From contig JBAXTU010000003.1 of NCBI GenBank assembly GCA_037130015.1, forward strand, positions 1 to 59,217: a stretch of 59,217 nt of DNA, given 5' to 3'. Of the stretch, positions 50,601 through 59,175 are shown piece after piece. A program made the position numbers and the translations under genes. The notes beneath the pieces are model-generated. The model saw only the letters and a program-made list of their open reading frames with translations. It searched no databases and had not been told where the DNA came from. The stretch comes from a bacterium. GTDB lineage: Bacteria > Patescibacteriota > Patescibacteriia > 2-01-FULL-39-33. Positions within the stretch are counted from its first letter, which is position 1, and each line of letters begins with the position of its first letter.

Positions 50601-51831
50601 GACAGCCGAAAACAAGTCAGCCTCAAAAAAATTGGCTTATTCAATGACCATGGAATTGGTGTCGCCAGTGATGGCTGATGTGTCTGGCAGTGACTATGAA
50701 CAATTCGCTAAAAAATTCAAAATTGATAATGGCGCGGAAATGAATGGCAATATTGCCGAATTAAATGATGATATTGAAATATTTTGCAGTGGCTTAAAGG
50801 ATTTGAGTCCCAAGGAAAAAGTTGTCAGAATAGAAAGTTATGTCCGACAAATCGGTTTTTATGATGAGGATAATCAAGAGGTGAGCCAATTAAAGCGTGG
50901 CAAAAGTTTGGAAGAAAAGTTTTATATCATGGAACAGCGGTTGGAAGAATTGCGTGCCAAATATCCGGACTGGGAAAGCAAATTGGCCGGCAAAAAATAC
51001 GCCGGTGTTTGCGCGGATTTTGCGGAATTAACCACGGCCATGTTGCGTCGAGCTGGTTTGGAAGCGGGCATTGCCAGGGGTTTTATACCTGAGGGCAAAA
51101 AAGTCATGGTGCGGAATGCCCATGCCGCCAGTTTTGTGGTGTGGCCGACTATTAAGGGCAAAAATGAAGTGTTTATTGTTGATGGCACGCCTAACGGACT
51201 GGAAAATATTGCCGGTCAAAATCAGCCGTCAATTTTGGAACGCGAACAAATTAGCGAACAGTTGCAAGAGCAGGCGTCGGTACAGGCTTTGGAAAAATTA
51301 AAAGAAGTTGAAAAATTATTGGCCAGCCATGATACAGAGTCCATCAAAAAGTTAACCAACGGTGAATTGGAAAAAGTTTTGAATGCCGTGTTGAGCCATG
51401 AAGTCAAACAAGACAATTTTCAGGTGCTGGAAAGATTGTTTGACACTTATTGGTATACGGCAATCCCGCCTGATTTGAGCAAAAATGAACATAATCCCAT
51501 CCCGCTTTATAATTTGGATTTGAATAATCCGGATCAAAAAAACGAGGTCATGTTGGAACTGGCTGGCGCAGTAAAACGCATCAAAAATCGTTTGGCCAAT
51601 GAAAAATCTAACAATAGCGGTCCGGCCGGAACCAAATTATTAAAATCAATTGAAGAATTTGCTGATAAGTTTGTTAATGGTCGGCAAGTCGGCAATAAAG
51701 CCAAATCATTGGAATTGATGCAGTCTTTGGTGGATTTGATTAAAAATGATTTGTCGCCAGTGGAACAGCGCTCTGCAGTCGCGGTTTTGACTTATCTTAA
51801 AGCGCAGAATATGAGCGGGAAAGCAAGGTAA
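47647..51831 (+). CDS. giant protein with 29-aa helical tandem repeats and a C-terminal-half transglutaminase-like cysteine protease core
   Basis: 1394 aa with no obvious TM or signal peptide. The Cys-His-Asp core is seen as YAGVCADFAELTTAMLRRAGLEAGIARGF, NAHAASFVVW and FIVDGTP. Confidence 0.78.
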   Translation: MPKREGLAPIVKSKEIKSVKEIAPLGEQVGLLLNKITELNREQDRSQIVELAARVFENSVEDGLKLAEKLRLTPIELQEIIKRKTFIVKHGEFYNNVVSEIMRKEDIKNEHNLDQLIALRNDYRASRDNFSVENFLAEEKKQQQRVKLFAPEIKDVSRELDQVYAQYLAQRELASTDQPQTGSQGEVMARQNLLKAERYLNENYFSGPAKKLITTLAVEQGISPAKVEQALTDITMPDFWSLNDIEEEIKFFKINISREEIKKRLKGQEYVSVVYGFEKKFTETQLVNELNKSLVDTGQRIELNSKTDKFEVTGEKKKEEKQKEKENLEAKVFDTPTGGVRFEFASYRTMSFEFYKEKNGLWNLEQRSDVYGKDIRPPKFLIKDPFKYFDIKKIQDINLSDDGKELGVVGFNNNDEIGAQVVKLPPETIEDLKKAKKIVAEIDGESAEQRKVGEIQEIYEREVTEEAISFEAYPKIKFQFLKANDFDLFWDGWCIPSQGEAMHLALVSSLSVEDFVKFIHVAITDDQFLDIYGENAKENTTRRRIQLPDNIVAELKKAKERADQIEENSEAKEFDLEKFEEKSLDYIEKLLKAGADKNLVATGLAGLDSERAWQMRDQFLKDGADEGFVARGLAGLDSERAWQMRKQLLKDSADKGYVALGLAGLNSEQAWQMRERFLKDGVSKEFVAIGLAGLDSEQSWQMRDQLLKDGASECWVAMGLAGDETTFVWRLKYQHKKSESPELSPADQQKLDLLNLVHQPTAEGIEAWQKPATLEKKFIDAKKSLSSSPSMARRLTEALKSAPKSFLDYMGAKSDKKKTSKILARRLAEKIFPEAFVEKHYNGWGGYGGFGGGEGGRGETQPKPADYLSGRASFESFGGGREQLNDTREIMEFRHEINCMVIKGLYGDYDENSNRWNKLHFALNNEMSQSTLETTVTLPDVGKNTKVNLPHPLYSQVIKERVKGIDSAGLETPIEAVTEDSLGEVTAENKSASKKLAYSMTMELVSPVMADVSGSDYEQFAKKFKIDNGAEMNGNIAELNDDIEIFCSGLKDLSPKEKVVRIESYVRQIGFYDEDNQEVSQLKRGKSLEEKFYIMEQRLEELRAKYPDWESKLAGKKYAGVCADFAELTTAMLRRAGLEAGIARGFIPEGKKVMVRNAHAASFVVWPTIKGKNEVFIVDGTPNGLENIAGQNQPSILEREQISEQLQEQASVQALEKLKEVEKLLASHDTESIKKLTNGELEKVLNAVLSHEVKQDNFQVLERLFDTYWYTAIPPDLSKNEHNPIPLYNLDLNNPDQKNEVMLELAGAVKRIKNRLANEKSNNSGPAGTKLLKSIEEFADKFVNGRQVGNKAKSLELMQSLVDLIKNDLSPVEQRSAVAVLTYLKAQNMSGKAR
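49417..49815 (+). repeat. tandem 87-nt (29-aa) in-frame repeats, about 4.6 copies
   Basis: CTTAAAG(A/C)T(G/A)GTG recurs at 49417, 49504, 49591, 49678 and 49765, an exact 87-nt period. The peptide unit is LKDGAD.GFVA.GLAGLDSE.AWQMR.Q(F/L). Confidence 0.9.
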
Positions 51832-51863
51832 TTTTGGTCAAAAATAGGGAATAGGTTGAGCTT

Positions 51864-51892
51864 TTGACAAAATTTTGTAAATAGTGTAAAAT
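51864..51892 (+). promoter_or_regulatory. sigma70-like promoter of rplU
   Basis: TTGACA (51864-51869), 17-nt spacer, TAAAAT (51887-51892). Confidence 0.65.
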
Positions 51893-51926
51893 AGAAAGGA
51901 CTTAAATTATTAAATTCAAGCCCTAT

Positions 51927-52229
51927 ATGAAAATAGCAGTCATAAAAACAGGTGGCAAGCAATATGTCGTCAAAGAAGGCGACAAGGTAAAAGTGGAAAA
52001 ATTAAAAGCCGAAATCGGTGATTCCTTGGAATTGGAAACATTGCTGGTGGCTGACGGTGAAAATTTGCAAATCGGTGAGCCGATTTTGGAACAAAAAGTT
52101 TCAGCCAAGCTTTTTTCTCAAACCAGAGGTAGAAAGTTGGAAGGCGTGAAGTATAAGCCAAAAACTCGTCAAGCCAAAAGATTCGGCCATCGCCAATTTA
52201 TTTCCACTCTGTCAATTGAAAAAATTTAA
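51927..52229 (+). CDS. rplU: 50S ribosomal protein L21
   Basis: 100 aa. MKIAVIKTGGKQYVVKEGDKVKVEKL...GHRQ is the canonical L21 pattern. Confidence 0.95.
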   Translation: MKIAVIKTGGKQYVVKEGDKVKVEKLKAEIGDSLELETLLVADGENLQIGEPILEQKVSAKLFSQTRGRKLEGVKYKPKTRQAKRFGHRQFISTLSIEKI

Positions 52230-52307
52230 AATATCATCTATTAATCTTCCTCACTTTTCCAAGGGGAGGATAGAGGAGGGGTTTGCCGAAGATGGTGACA
52301 ACAAAGT

Positions 52308-52339
52308 CTGTTCCTGATAAATCGGGAGCGGATTTTTTT
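52308..52339 (+). terminator. intrinsic terminator after rplU
   Basis: 11-bp G:U-rich stem CTGTTCCTGA/TCGGGAGCGG (52308-52331) followed by ATTTTTTT. Confidence 0.65.
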
Positions 52340-52392
52340 GTTGCCCAAATTTTTTATTTATGAGATAATAATAGTATTAAATTAACACACTT

Positions 52393-54240
52393 ATGCCTGT
52401 AAAAAAAACAGACAAAATTAAAATTGCCAAAGTGCCAGCCAAGCCCAAGGCTGTCAATAAAGTTGTTGCCAAAAAGCTCAAAGCTGTCAAAAAAACCAGA
52501 GCCAAATCTGCGCCAAAACTTTCTATGCTGATTGATTCTGATGCTGATGGGCTGTCTGACTATCAAGAAAGACAATATGGCACCAATCCGTATATGGCTG
52601 ATTCTGATCATGATGGTCTGAGCGATTATGAAGAAATAAAAATTTATCAAACCGATCCGCTTAATCCCGACACCAATGCCAATGGAATTTCTGACGGCGA
52701 AGAAGTGCGTCGTGGCCAAAATCCGCGCGGTCAAGGAAAATTAAAGGATTTATTCATTCCTTATTTTGGTAATAATTATCAGCCGGAATTTTTAAAAGCC
52801 AAAAGATTGATTTTTTACGGTTCAACTGCTTTGCTTGTCAAATTCATAGTGGTATTTTTTGTTTTATTGTTGCCAATTAGCGCTTGGCTCACGCCAGATA
52901 TTGCTTCTCAGCAGGCCAAAAAAATAATCCAACTAACCAATGAAGTGCGCGCCAGTGTTGGTGTGGCCAAACTTCAAGAAAATCAGCTATTGGATCTAGC
53001 CGCCTCAAATAAGGCGCAGGATATGATTACCGAACAATATTTTGCCCACATTTCACCTGATAACAGGTCTGTTTCTGATTGGCTCAGAGGCGTGGGTTAT
53101 AATTATGAAGTGGCTGGAGAAAATTTGGCCATGGGTTTTTCTGATTCGGCTGATGTGGTCAATGCTTGGTCAAAAAGCAAAACTCATTATGCCAACATGA
53201 TTGATCCGCAATTCAACCAAGTTGGTGTGGCCATGATTGCCGGCCAGTACAAAGATTATGACACCACTTTTGTGGCTCAGATGTTCGGCAGTCGCCCTGG
53301 TAGTGGCAATGCTATTCCAGCCGTTAAAAATCAAAATACAGCGCCAAAAGCTATTGATCAAAAAAATAACAAAAAACAGATTGTCATAAATAATAATTCG
53401 CAATCAGCTGTTTTGGGAGAAAAAGTAAATTTGCCACCACTGACCACTCCTAGTCTGATTGCTCCAGAAAATAATTCGGCTTCCAAAGTTTCTGAAACTA
53501 ATTTAAAAATTGCCGCGCCAGGCGCCACTGGCATTTCTTTAATTATTAATGACCAAAAACAAACAGGCCAAGCCAATTTTATTGACGGCTACTATCAACA
53601 GACCGCCGAACTTAGCGAAGGTAAAAATAATTTGCAGATTATTTCTCAAAATGGCAAGGAACAATCCACTTCTTCATTATATACTTTAATTATTGATAGA
53701 AATCCGCCGATTATTGACACGGTCAGAAGCAATATTACAATTGCCGAACCAGTCGGACAGGATCAAAAGGTGGTGCGAGCTGTGGCTTATCTTTCTTCGG
53801 ACACAGCACAGGCCGAGATTAATTTTGGCAATTATCATATTAAATTATCACAAAACGATTCTTCAACTGATGAGTGGAGTGGCAGTACTATTATTTTTAA
53901 ACAGCAAGAAGAGCAAATTTTTAATCCCGTGATTTTGCCAACACTCACGGCTGTTGATGTTGTCGGCAATTTGGCAACCGCAGATATTAATTGGCAAAAT
54001 GTGACGCCAGTCAAGCCGTCAGTGCTAGATCAATATTTTTTTGCCCGTGATTTTGGCTCTAAATACACCAATTGGATTTTTGGTTTAAGTTCAATTTATT
54101 ATAAAATTCTTTTAGCTTTGTTGCTTTCAGTGCTTGTTGTTAATATTATTGTCAAGGCTAAAAATAAAAAATATGATTTTAGATTAATAATTCCCGCCGT
54201 GTTTTTGGCAATTTTATTAGTTGTTTTAATTACTGTTTAA
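52393..54240 (+). CDS. CAP/SCP (YkwD-like) domain protein with an N-terminal Lys-rich tail and TSP3-like Asp-rich repeats
   Basis: The Lys-rich N-terminus is followed by DSDADGLSDYQE, DSDHDGLSDYEE and DTNANGISDGEE repeats, then a TM helix. The CAP domain follows (VRASVGVAKLQENQLLDLAASNKAQDM...GENLAMGF...AWSKSKTHYANMIDP), and there is a C-terminal TM. Confidence 0.78.
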   Translation: MPVKKTDKIKIAKVPAKPKAVNKVVAKKLKAVKKTRAKSAPKLSMLIDSDADGLSDYQERQYGTNPYMADSDHDGLSDYEEIKIYQTDPLNPDTNANGISDGEEVRRGQNPRGQGKLKDLFIPYFGNNYQPEFLKAKRLIFYGSTALLVKFIVVFFVLLLPISAWLTPDIASQQAKKIIQLTNEVRASVGVAKLQENQLLDLAASNKAQDMITEQYFAHISPDNRSVSDWLRGVGYNYEVAGENLAMGFSDSADVVNAWSKSKTHYANMIDPQFNQVGVAMIAGQYKDYDTTFVAQMFGSRPGSGNAIPAVKNQNTAPKAIDQKNNKKQIVINNNSQSAVLGEKVNLPPLTTPSLIAPENNSASKVSETNLKIAAPGATGISLIINDQKQTGQANFIDGYYQQTAELSEGKNNLQIISQNGKEQSTSSLYTLIIDRNPPIIDTVRSNITIAEPVGQDQKVVRAVAYLSSDTAQAEINFGNYHIKLSQNDSSTDEWSGSTIIFKQQEEQIFNPVILPTLTAVDVVGNLATADINWQNVTPVKPSVLDQYFFARDFGSKYTNWIFGLSSIYYKILLALLLSVLVVNIIVKAKNKKYDFRLIIPAVFLAILLVVLITV

Positions 54241-54251
54241 TTTTTATAATT

Positions 54252-56576
54252 ATGAACAAGAAATTAATCGCTATTTTTGCTTTAGCTTTGTTTTTTTTGC
54301 CTGTCAAAATTTTGGCGGTCGCGCCTGTTCCGATTATAAATTTTATTTCTTCTACACCAAGTGATAATTACAAAACCAGCTCTACTAGCGCGATTATTAA
54401 AATTAATTCTGATCAAGCACTATTAAACGCTACTTTATATTTCGGCTTGCCCAATGGCGATTTTGAATTTGGAAATTTAAACAATTGGATAACTGGCGGT
54501 GCTGTGCCGTGGAAAATCGTTTCTGATTTTAAGTATGGTGGATCTAACTCAGCTAAAAATGGCGATATTAATATTAATGAACAATCGTGGCTAAAAAGAA
54601 CCGTTGATATTCGTACTACTTCCACGGTTTCATTTTTTTGGAGTGCTAATTCAAATGAGGGTCATGCTTATTTAAGATTTTTTATTGATAATGTAGAACA
54701 AAATAATATTACTAGTAATATTGCTTGGGAGCAAAAAACTTATTTATTATCACCAGGAGTACATGAGCTTAAATGGCAATATGATGAAGACGGTTTGCAC
54801 AATGATATTGTTAATGATGCTTGGTTGGATAATGTTGATATTAATGCTATTTCCACCAGTAGTGCTATGATTTTGGCCGATAGTTCCACCACGGCCAGTT
54901 ATATTTTAAATGATTTGTCTGAAGGTCAATATTATTATCAAGTTCGCGCTCGTTCAGTAGGTGGTTGGGCCACTACTAGCCAGCAAATGCTAATAATTGA
55001 CCAGACAGCGCCTGTTTTGACTCTTAATGGTTCCAGTACCGTCACTATGCCAGCAGGGTCAATATATACTGACATGTCTGCTTCGGCTGTGGATAACATT
55101 GATACTAATATTGTTTCAAATATTGTCACTTCTACAAATTTGAATGTTAATGTCGCTGGCACTTACTATTATAATTATAGTGTAAGTGATTCAGCTGGCA
55201 ATACGGCGACAACAACTAGAACGATTATTGTTGATGAAAATACCACGCCGGCGCCAAGTATTTTTTCTTTTTCCAATCCCATAAATTTTTATAATAAAAG
55301 TAATGTCGCTTTTTCCGGCACTAGTACATATGGCAATTTATTGTATTATTATATTTCAGATAGTGTGACTACAATTTCCGGAACAACAACTATAGATGGC
55401 TCTGGTGATTTTTCTGCCAGCGGAATTAATTTGTCGTCACTTAGTGATGGCGTAATCACTTTAACAGTCAATGCTTCTGACGCTGATGGCAATTTAAGTA
55501 ATACTGCCGAAACCTCAACTGTTAAAGACACTATTTTGCCGACTTCTACTGTTAATACTATTGTGTCTCCGACCAATACTTCCACTCAAACAATTTCTGG
55601 AACCAAATCAGCTGGCTCGTCTGTTTGGGTTAATGGCACGCAAATTATTTTAGCTGACGGTCTGACCACTTGGAGTTTTGTAAAAAATTTATCAGTCGGC
55701 ATCAATACTTTGAATATAATTTCCATTGACGAAAATGGCAATCAAAGCGTCACTTCAACTGTGGCTATAAATTATGATAATTCTATTCCCGCTGTTTCAT
55801 TTGGTAGCTTACCAGCACTTTCAACCAGTGATAATAGTACTAATATTACCATTGGTGGAACTGGTGTGGTTATTTATAAATATCAATTGGACTCTGGAGC
55901 TATTAGCGCTGAAATCGCAGTTTCTAATAATTTAGTTTTATCGTCATTATCTGCCAGCGCTCACACTTTGTCGGTGTGGGGTAAAAATTTGGCCGGCACT
56001 TGGCAAACCACTTCTTCTGATTATACTTGGACAGTGACATCTAATGGTTCGGTTGGTGGTGGAGGTGGCTCTGGTGGCAGTGGAGGAAATAGTGGAGGTG
56101 GCTCTGGCGGTTCAATTATTCCTGTCTTGCCAGTTGTGCCAACTGATCCCACAATTCAACAAAAAATTATTGATCAAACTAATCAAAATAACACCGCTAG
56201 CGGTGTTAGTGAAATTGCCAAAGAAAAAGTTTTGGGTGTAAAAATTTATGCCAATGGTTCGTATTTGCGCGGAGTTGGCAATAAGCTTTATATTTTAGAA
56301 TTGGGGCAGAAAAAATATCTTGGTAAATTAGCTTTGAAATACAAAACCTATAAAAGCAAAAAAGTTCTTGATGTGACAGTTGATGTTTTGTCGGCTTATC
56401 CTGATTGGCGAGCTGAAGGCACTTTGATGCGCGCGCCAGACAATAAAATTTATGTTTTGGAAAAGGGGATGAAGCGTCACATTACGACAATAGCTGAATT
56501 GAAAAGTAAAAAATACAAAGGCAAGAAAATAAATAATTTGAGTCAGGAGATTCTTGACCTTTATCCGACTAAATAA
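54252..56576 (+). CDS. secreted multi-domain surface protein (jelly-roll-like N-domain, DUF5011/Ig-like domain, Gly-rich linker)
   Basis: Signal peptide (LIAIFALALFFLPVKILA). DQTAPVLTLNGSSTVTMPAGSIYTD...GTYYYNYSVSDSAGNTATTTRTIIV matches the DUF5011/Ig-like pattern. A GGGGGSGGSGGNSGGGSGGS linker follows, then two copies of the ~45-aa C-terminal module. Confidence 0.68.
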   Translation: MNKKLIAIFALALFFLPVKILAVAPVPIINFISSTPSDNYKTSSTSAIIKINSDQALLNATLYFGLPNGDFEFGNLNNWITGGAVPWKIVSDFKYGGSNSAKNGDININEQSWLKRTVDIRTTSTVSFFWSANSNEGHAYLRFFIDNVEQNNITSNIAWEQKTYLLSPGVHELKWQYDEDGLHNDIVNDAWLDNVDINAISTSSAMILADSSTTASYILNDLSEGQYYYQVRARSVGGWATTSQQMLIIDQTAPVLTLNGSSTVTMPAGSIYTDMSASAVDNIDTNIVSNIVTSTNLNVNVAGTYYYNYSVSDSAGNTATTTRTIIVDENTTPAPSIFSFSNPINFYNKSNVAFSGTSTYGNLLYYYISDSVTTISGTTTIDGSGDFSASGINLSSLSDGVITLTVNASDADGNLSNTAETSTVKDTILPTSTVNTIVSPTNTSTQTISGTKSAGSSVWVNGTQIILADGLTTWSFVKNLSVGINTLNIISIDENGNQSVTSTVAINYDNSIPAVSFGSLPALSTSDNSTNITIGGTGVVIYKYQLDSGAISAEIAVSNNLVLSSLSASAHTLSVWGKNLAGTWQTTSSDYTWTVTSNGSVGGGGGSGGSGGNSGGGSGGSIIPVLPVVPTDPTIQQKIIDQTNQNNTASGVSEIAKEKVLGVKIYANGSYLRGVGNKLYILELGQKKYLGKLALKYKTYKSKKVLDVTVDVLSAYPDWRAEGTLMRAPDNKIYVLEKGMKRHITTIAELKSKKYKGKKINNLSQEILDLYPTK

Positions 56577-56591
56577 GGCGAGCACTCACGG

Positions 56592-57191
56592 CTAGATTTT
56601 TTGTCGACTGTTCAATGCATTCTCAAGTGTAATTTCGTCCGCATATTCCAAATCAGCGCCCATGGGCAGACCACGAGCCAGTCGCGAGAGAGCGACATTT
56701 GGCAAATATTGCCTGATGAGTTTGGTTAAATATAAAGTAGCAGTCTCACCTCGCAAATCAGGATTGAGACCAAAAATAACTTCCGTCACTTGGGAGTTTT
56801 TGATTTTATTAATTAATAATTGCAAGCGTCTGTTGTCAGCCATGCCTTCCAAAGGATTAATGCTTTCTCCCAGGACAAAATAGACTCCGCCAAAGGTTGA
56901 GGCCTTTTCTAGGGCAATAACATCTTGAGGTTTGGCCACTAGGCAAATGATTTTTTGATCACGCCTGACATCACCGCAAATGGCGCAAGGATTGCTTTCG
57001 CTGAAATTCAGGCAGTTATTACAAATAATCACTTTTTCTTTAATATGTTCAATGGCCTCGCCAAAATCTGTTAATTTCTGTTTGTCTTGGCGTAAAAGAT
57101 AAAAAACCAGGCGTTCAGCCGACTTGGGGCCGATGCTGGGAAGCTTGGCAAATTGATTGATGAGGTTTTGAATGCTATTAGGATAATTCAT
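56592..57191 (-). CDS. recR: recombination protein RecR
   Basis: 199 aa. LPSIGPKSAERLVFYLL (HhH), a C4 zinc finger CNNC...CAIC, and a Toprim domain. Confidence 0.95.
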   Translation of the reverse strand: MNYPNSIQNLINQFAKLPSIGPKSAERLVFYLLRQDKQKLTDFGEAIEHIKEKVIICNNCLNFSESNPCAICGDVRRDQKIICLVAKPQDVIALEKASTFGGVYFVLGESINPLEGMADNRRLQLLINKIKNSQVTEVIFGLNPDLRGETATLYLTKLIRQYLPNVALSRLARGLPMGADLEYADEITLENALNSRQKI

Positions 57192-57198
57192 GTAGTTA

Positions 57199-57486
57199 TT
57201 ACATACCTGGAAAATTCATGCCCATGGATGACATTTTGGTGGCCATGACTCTTTGCACTTTTTTGATGGAATCATTTACGGCTTCGGCCACGGCGCTTTC
57301 TAGTTTTTCTTTATTATTGAGCAGTTCAGGATCAATTATCACTTTTTTTACTTCTTGATTGCCGTCCATGGTGATTTTGACCTTGCCCCAGCCACCTTGT
57401 CCTTCAACCGATTCTTCGGCGAGGGCTTTTTTAATTTGATTGGCTTGGGTTTTTAATTCTTGGATTTGTTTTAGTTTTGAAAACAT
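57199..57486 (-). CDS. ybaB: YbaB/EbfC family nucleoid-associated protein
   Basis: 95 aa. VEGQGGWGKVKITMDGNQEVKKVIIDPELL is the typical YbaB core. It lies immediately upstream of recR. Confidence 0.9.
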   Translation of the reverse strand: MFSKLKQIQELKTQANQIKKALAEESVEGQGGWGKVKITMDGNQEVKKVIIDPELLNNKEKLESAVAEAVNDSIKKVQRVMATKMSSMGMNFPGM

Positions 57487-57504
57487 AGATATTTTATTTA
57501 TTTT

Positions 57505-58890
57505 TTAATTTTGTTCATAAGTCCTGTCCAAATTCTTAAAACTGACTTTATCTTCATCAAAAAACAAATTAACCACGCCGGTAGGGCCATTTCTGTGTTT
57601 GGCAATATGGATTTCCGCGCTGTGTTTGTCTTCTTCAGACAGAGAATTAAGGTCAAAACCGCGATCAGCTGATTTGCGATAAATAAACATGACCACATCA
57701 GCGTCTTGCTCAATGGATCCTGATTCGCGCAAATGGGATAATTTTGGAATAGCAGGGGAGGTGGCTTCAACTGCACGTGATAATTGTGACAAAGCTAGTA
57801 CTGGAATATTAAGTTCTCTAGCAATGCCTTTTAGGGCACGGGAAATCTCGGCAATTTCTTGGACACGGTTTTCACTGCTGGTTTTGGAGCCAGAGCCTTC
57901 CATAAGTTGTAAATAGTCCAGCACAATCAAATCTAGTCCGTGTTCCATTTGCAAACGGCGCGCTTTGGTGCGCAATTCCATGACATTGGTGTTGGCCATA
58001 TCATCAATAAAAATTTGACTCTCAGCCAGTTCGCTCATGGCATGGCCGATGCGGGGAAAATCATCACCAGCTTCGGACAATTTGCCGGTGCGCATTTTCC
58101 ATAGCCCCACGCCAGCCTCGGCACAAATAAGACGGTCAACTAATTGTTCCTTGCTCATTTCCAATGAAAAGATGCCAACGGATTTTTTTGATTGCACGGC
58201 AATGTTTCTGGCGATGTCCAAGGCAAACGAAGTTTTGCCCACAGATGGACGAGCCGCCAAAATCACCAAGTCTGATTTTTGTAAGCCAGCGAGTAGATTG
58301 TCTAGTTGAGTGAATCCTGTTGGTAGTCCGCGTAATTTGCCTTTTTCACGGTGCAACTCGTCAATGCGATTGAAAGCGTCTGTCAAAATATCTTTGATGG
58401 GTGTGAATTTTTCTTTTAAATATTTTTGCGAAACCGAAAAAATATGCTGTTCGGATTTGTCCAAAATTTCATTGACTTCTTTTTCTTCTTGATAGCCAAG
58501 TTCTAAAATGCTATTAGCTGCGGAGATAAGACGGCGCAAGCTAGCCTTTTTTTGAATGATTTGCGCATAGGACACTACATGCGCGGCCGAGGGCGTGAGA
58601 TTGGTTAGGGTGACGATATAACTGCGACCGCCGATATTTTCCAATTGTTTTTTGTCTTCTAGTCGGCTAGTCAAACTGAGCAAGTCAATGGGTTGTCTTT
58701 TTTCAAATAATTCCAAAATAGTTTCATAAATCTGACCGTGCGCATTGGAATAGAAATCATCAGCCGAAATCAGGTCGGCCACTTTAATAATAGCGTCTTT
58801 GTCAATTAAAAGCGCTCCGAGCAGTGATTGCTCGGCTTCTAGGTTTTGTGGTGGCAGTTTGACTGCTGGATTGTTGTTGGTGTCGCTCAT
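57505..58890 (-). CDS. dnaB: replicative DNA helicase DnaB
   Basis: PPQNLEAEQSLLGALL N-domain, Walker A ARPSVGKTSFAL, and the DYLQLM and SQLSR motifs. I chose the ATG at 58890; the ORF-track start at 58929 is a TTG. Confidence 0.95.
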   Translation of the reverse strand: MSDTNNNPAVKLPPQNLEAEQSLLGALLIDKDAIIKVADLISADDFYSNAHGQIYETILELFEKRQPIDLLSLTSRLEDKKQLENIGGRSYIVTLTNLTPSAAHVVSYAQIIQKKASLRRLISAANSILELGYQEEKEVNEILDKSEQHIFSVSQKYLKEKFTPIKDILTDAFNRIDELHREKGKLRGLPTGFTQLDNLLAGLQKSDLVILAARPSVGKTSFALDIARNIAVQSKKSVGIFSLEMSKEQLVDRLICAEAGVGLWKMRTGKLSEAGDDFPRIGHAMSELAESQIFIDDMANTNVMELRTKARRLQMEHGLDLIVLDYLQLMEGSGSKTSSENRVQEIAEISRALKGIARELNIPVLALSQLSRAVEATSPAIPKLSHLRESGSIEQDADVVMFIYRKSADRGFDLNSLSEEDKHSAEIHIAKHRNGPTGVVNLFFDEDKVSFKNLDRTYEQN

Positions 58891-58970
58891 AGTCAGGTAT
58901 ATTTTAACCGATGCCAAGGGTTTTGGCAATCAATGGATTTTCAACAAGTTGTGCACTGTTTGTAGGGTAT

Positions 58971-59000
58971 AAAAAAACGAGCCTAGGATTAGACTCGTTT
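58971..59000 (-). terminator. intrinsic terminator downstream of the tRNA gene
   Basis: On the minus strand an ACGAG...CTCGT hairpin is followed by a U-run (rc of the A-run at 58971-58977). The same element recurs at 59140-59168. Confidence 0.7.
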
Positions 59001-59008
59001 TTTATTTG

Positions 59009-59089
59009 TACGCCCAGCTGGACTCGAACCAGCGACCATCAGCTTAAAAGTCCGCCAGCTGGCGGATCTACCGACTGAGCTATAGGCGC
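59009..59089 (-). tRNA. tRNA-Lys(UUU)-like gene with an atypical 8-nt excess between the D arm and the anticodon loop
   Basis: Acceptor GCGCCTA/TGGGCGT, D arm GCTCAGTCGGTAGA, anticodon loop CTTTTAA, 3-prime anticodon stem GCTGA, variable loop TGGTC, T arm GCTGG-TTCGAGT-CCAGC, and no encoded CCA. It is 81 nt where about 73 are expected. The extra nucleotides create the palindrome TCCGCCAGCTGGCGGA. Confidence 0.65.
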
Positions 59090-59175
59090 GCGTATAGTCA
59101 CTATGTAATTTACTTAAGATATTCTAATTGTAGGGTATAAAAAAACGAGCCTAGGATTAGACTCGTTTTTATTTG

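Noticed and set aside
56040-56110. A GGT/GGC-rich low-complexity DNA stretch.
   Set aside because: It encodes an in-frame Gly/Ser linker (GGGGGSGGSGGNSGGGSGGS) inside the 774-aa surface protein and is not an independent repeat element.
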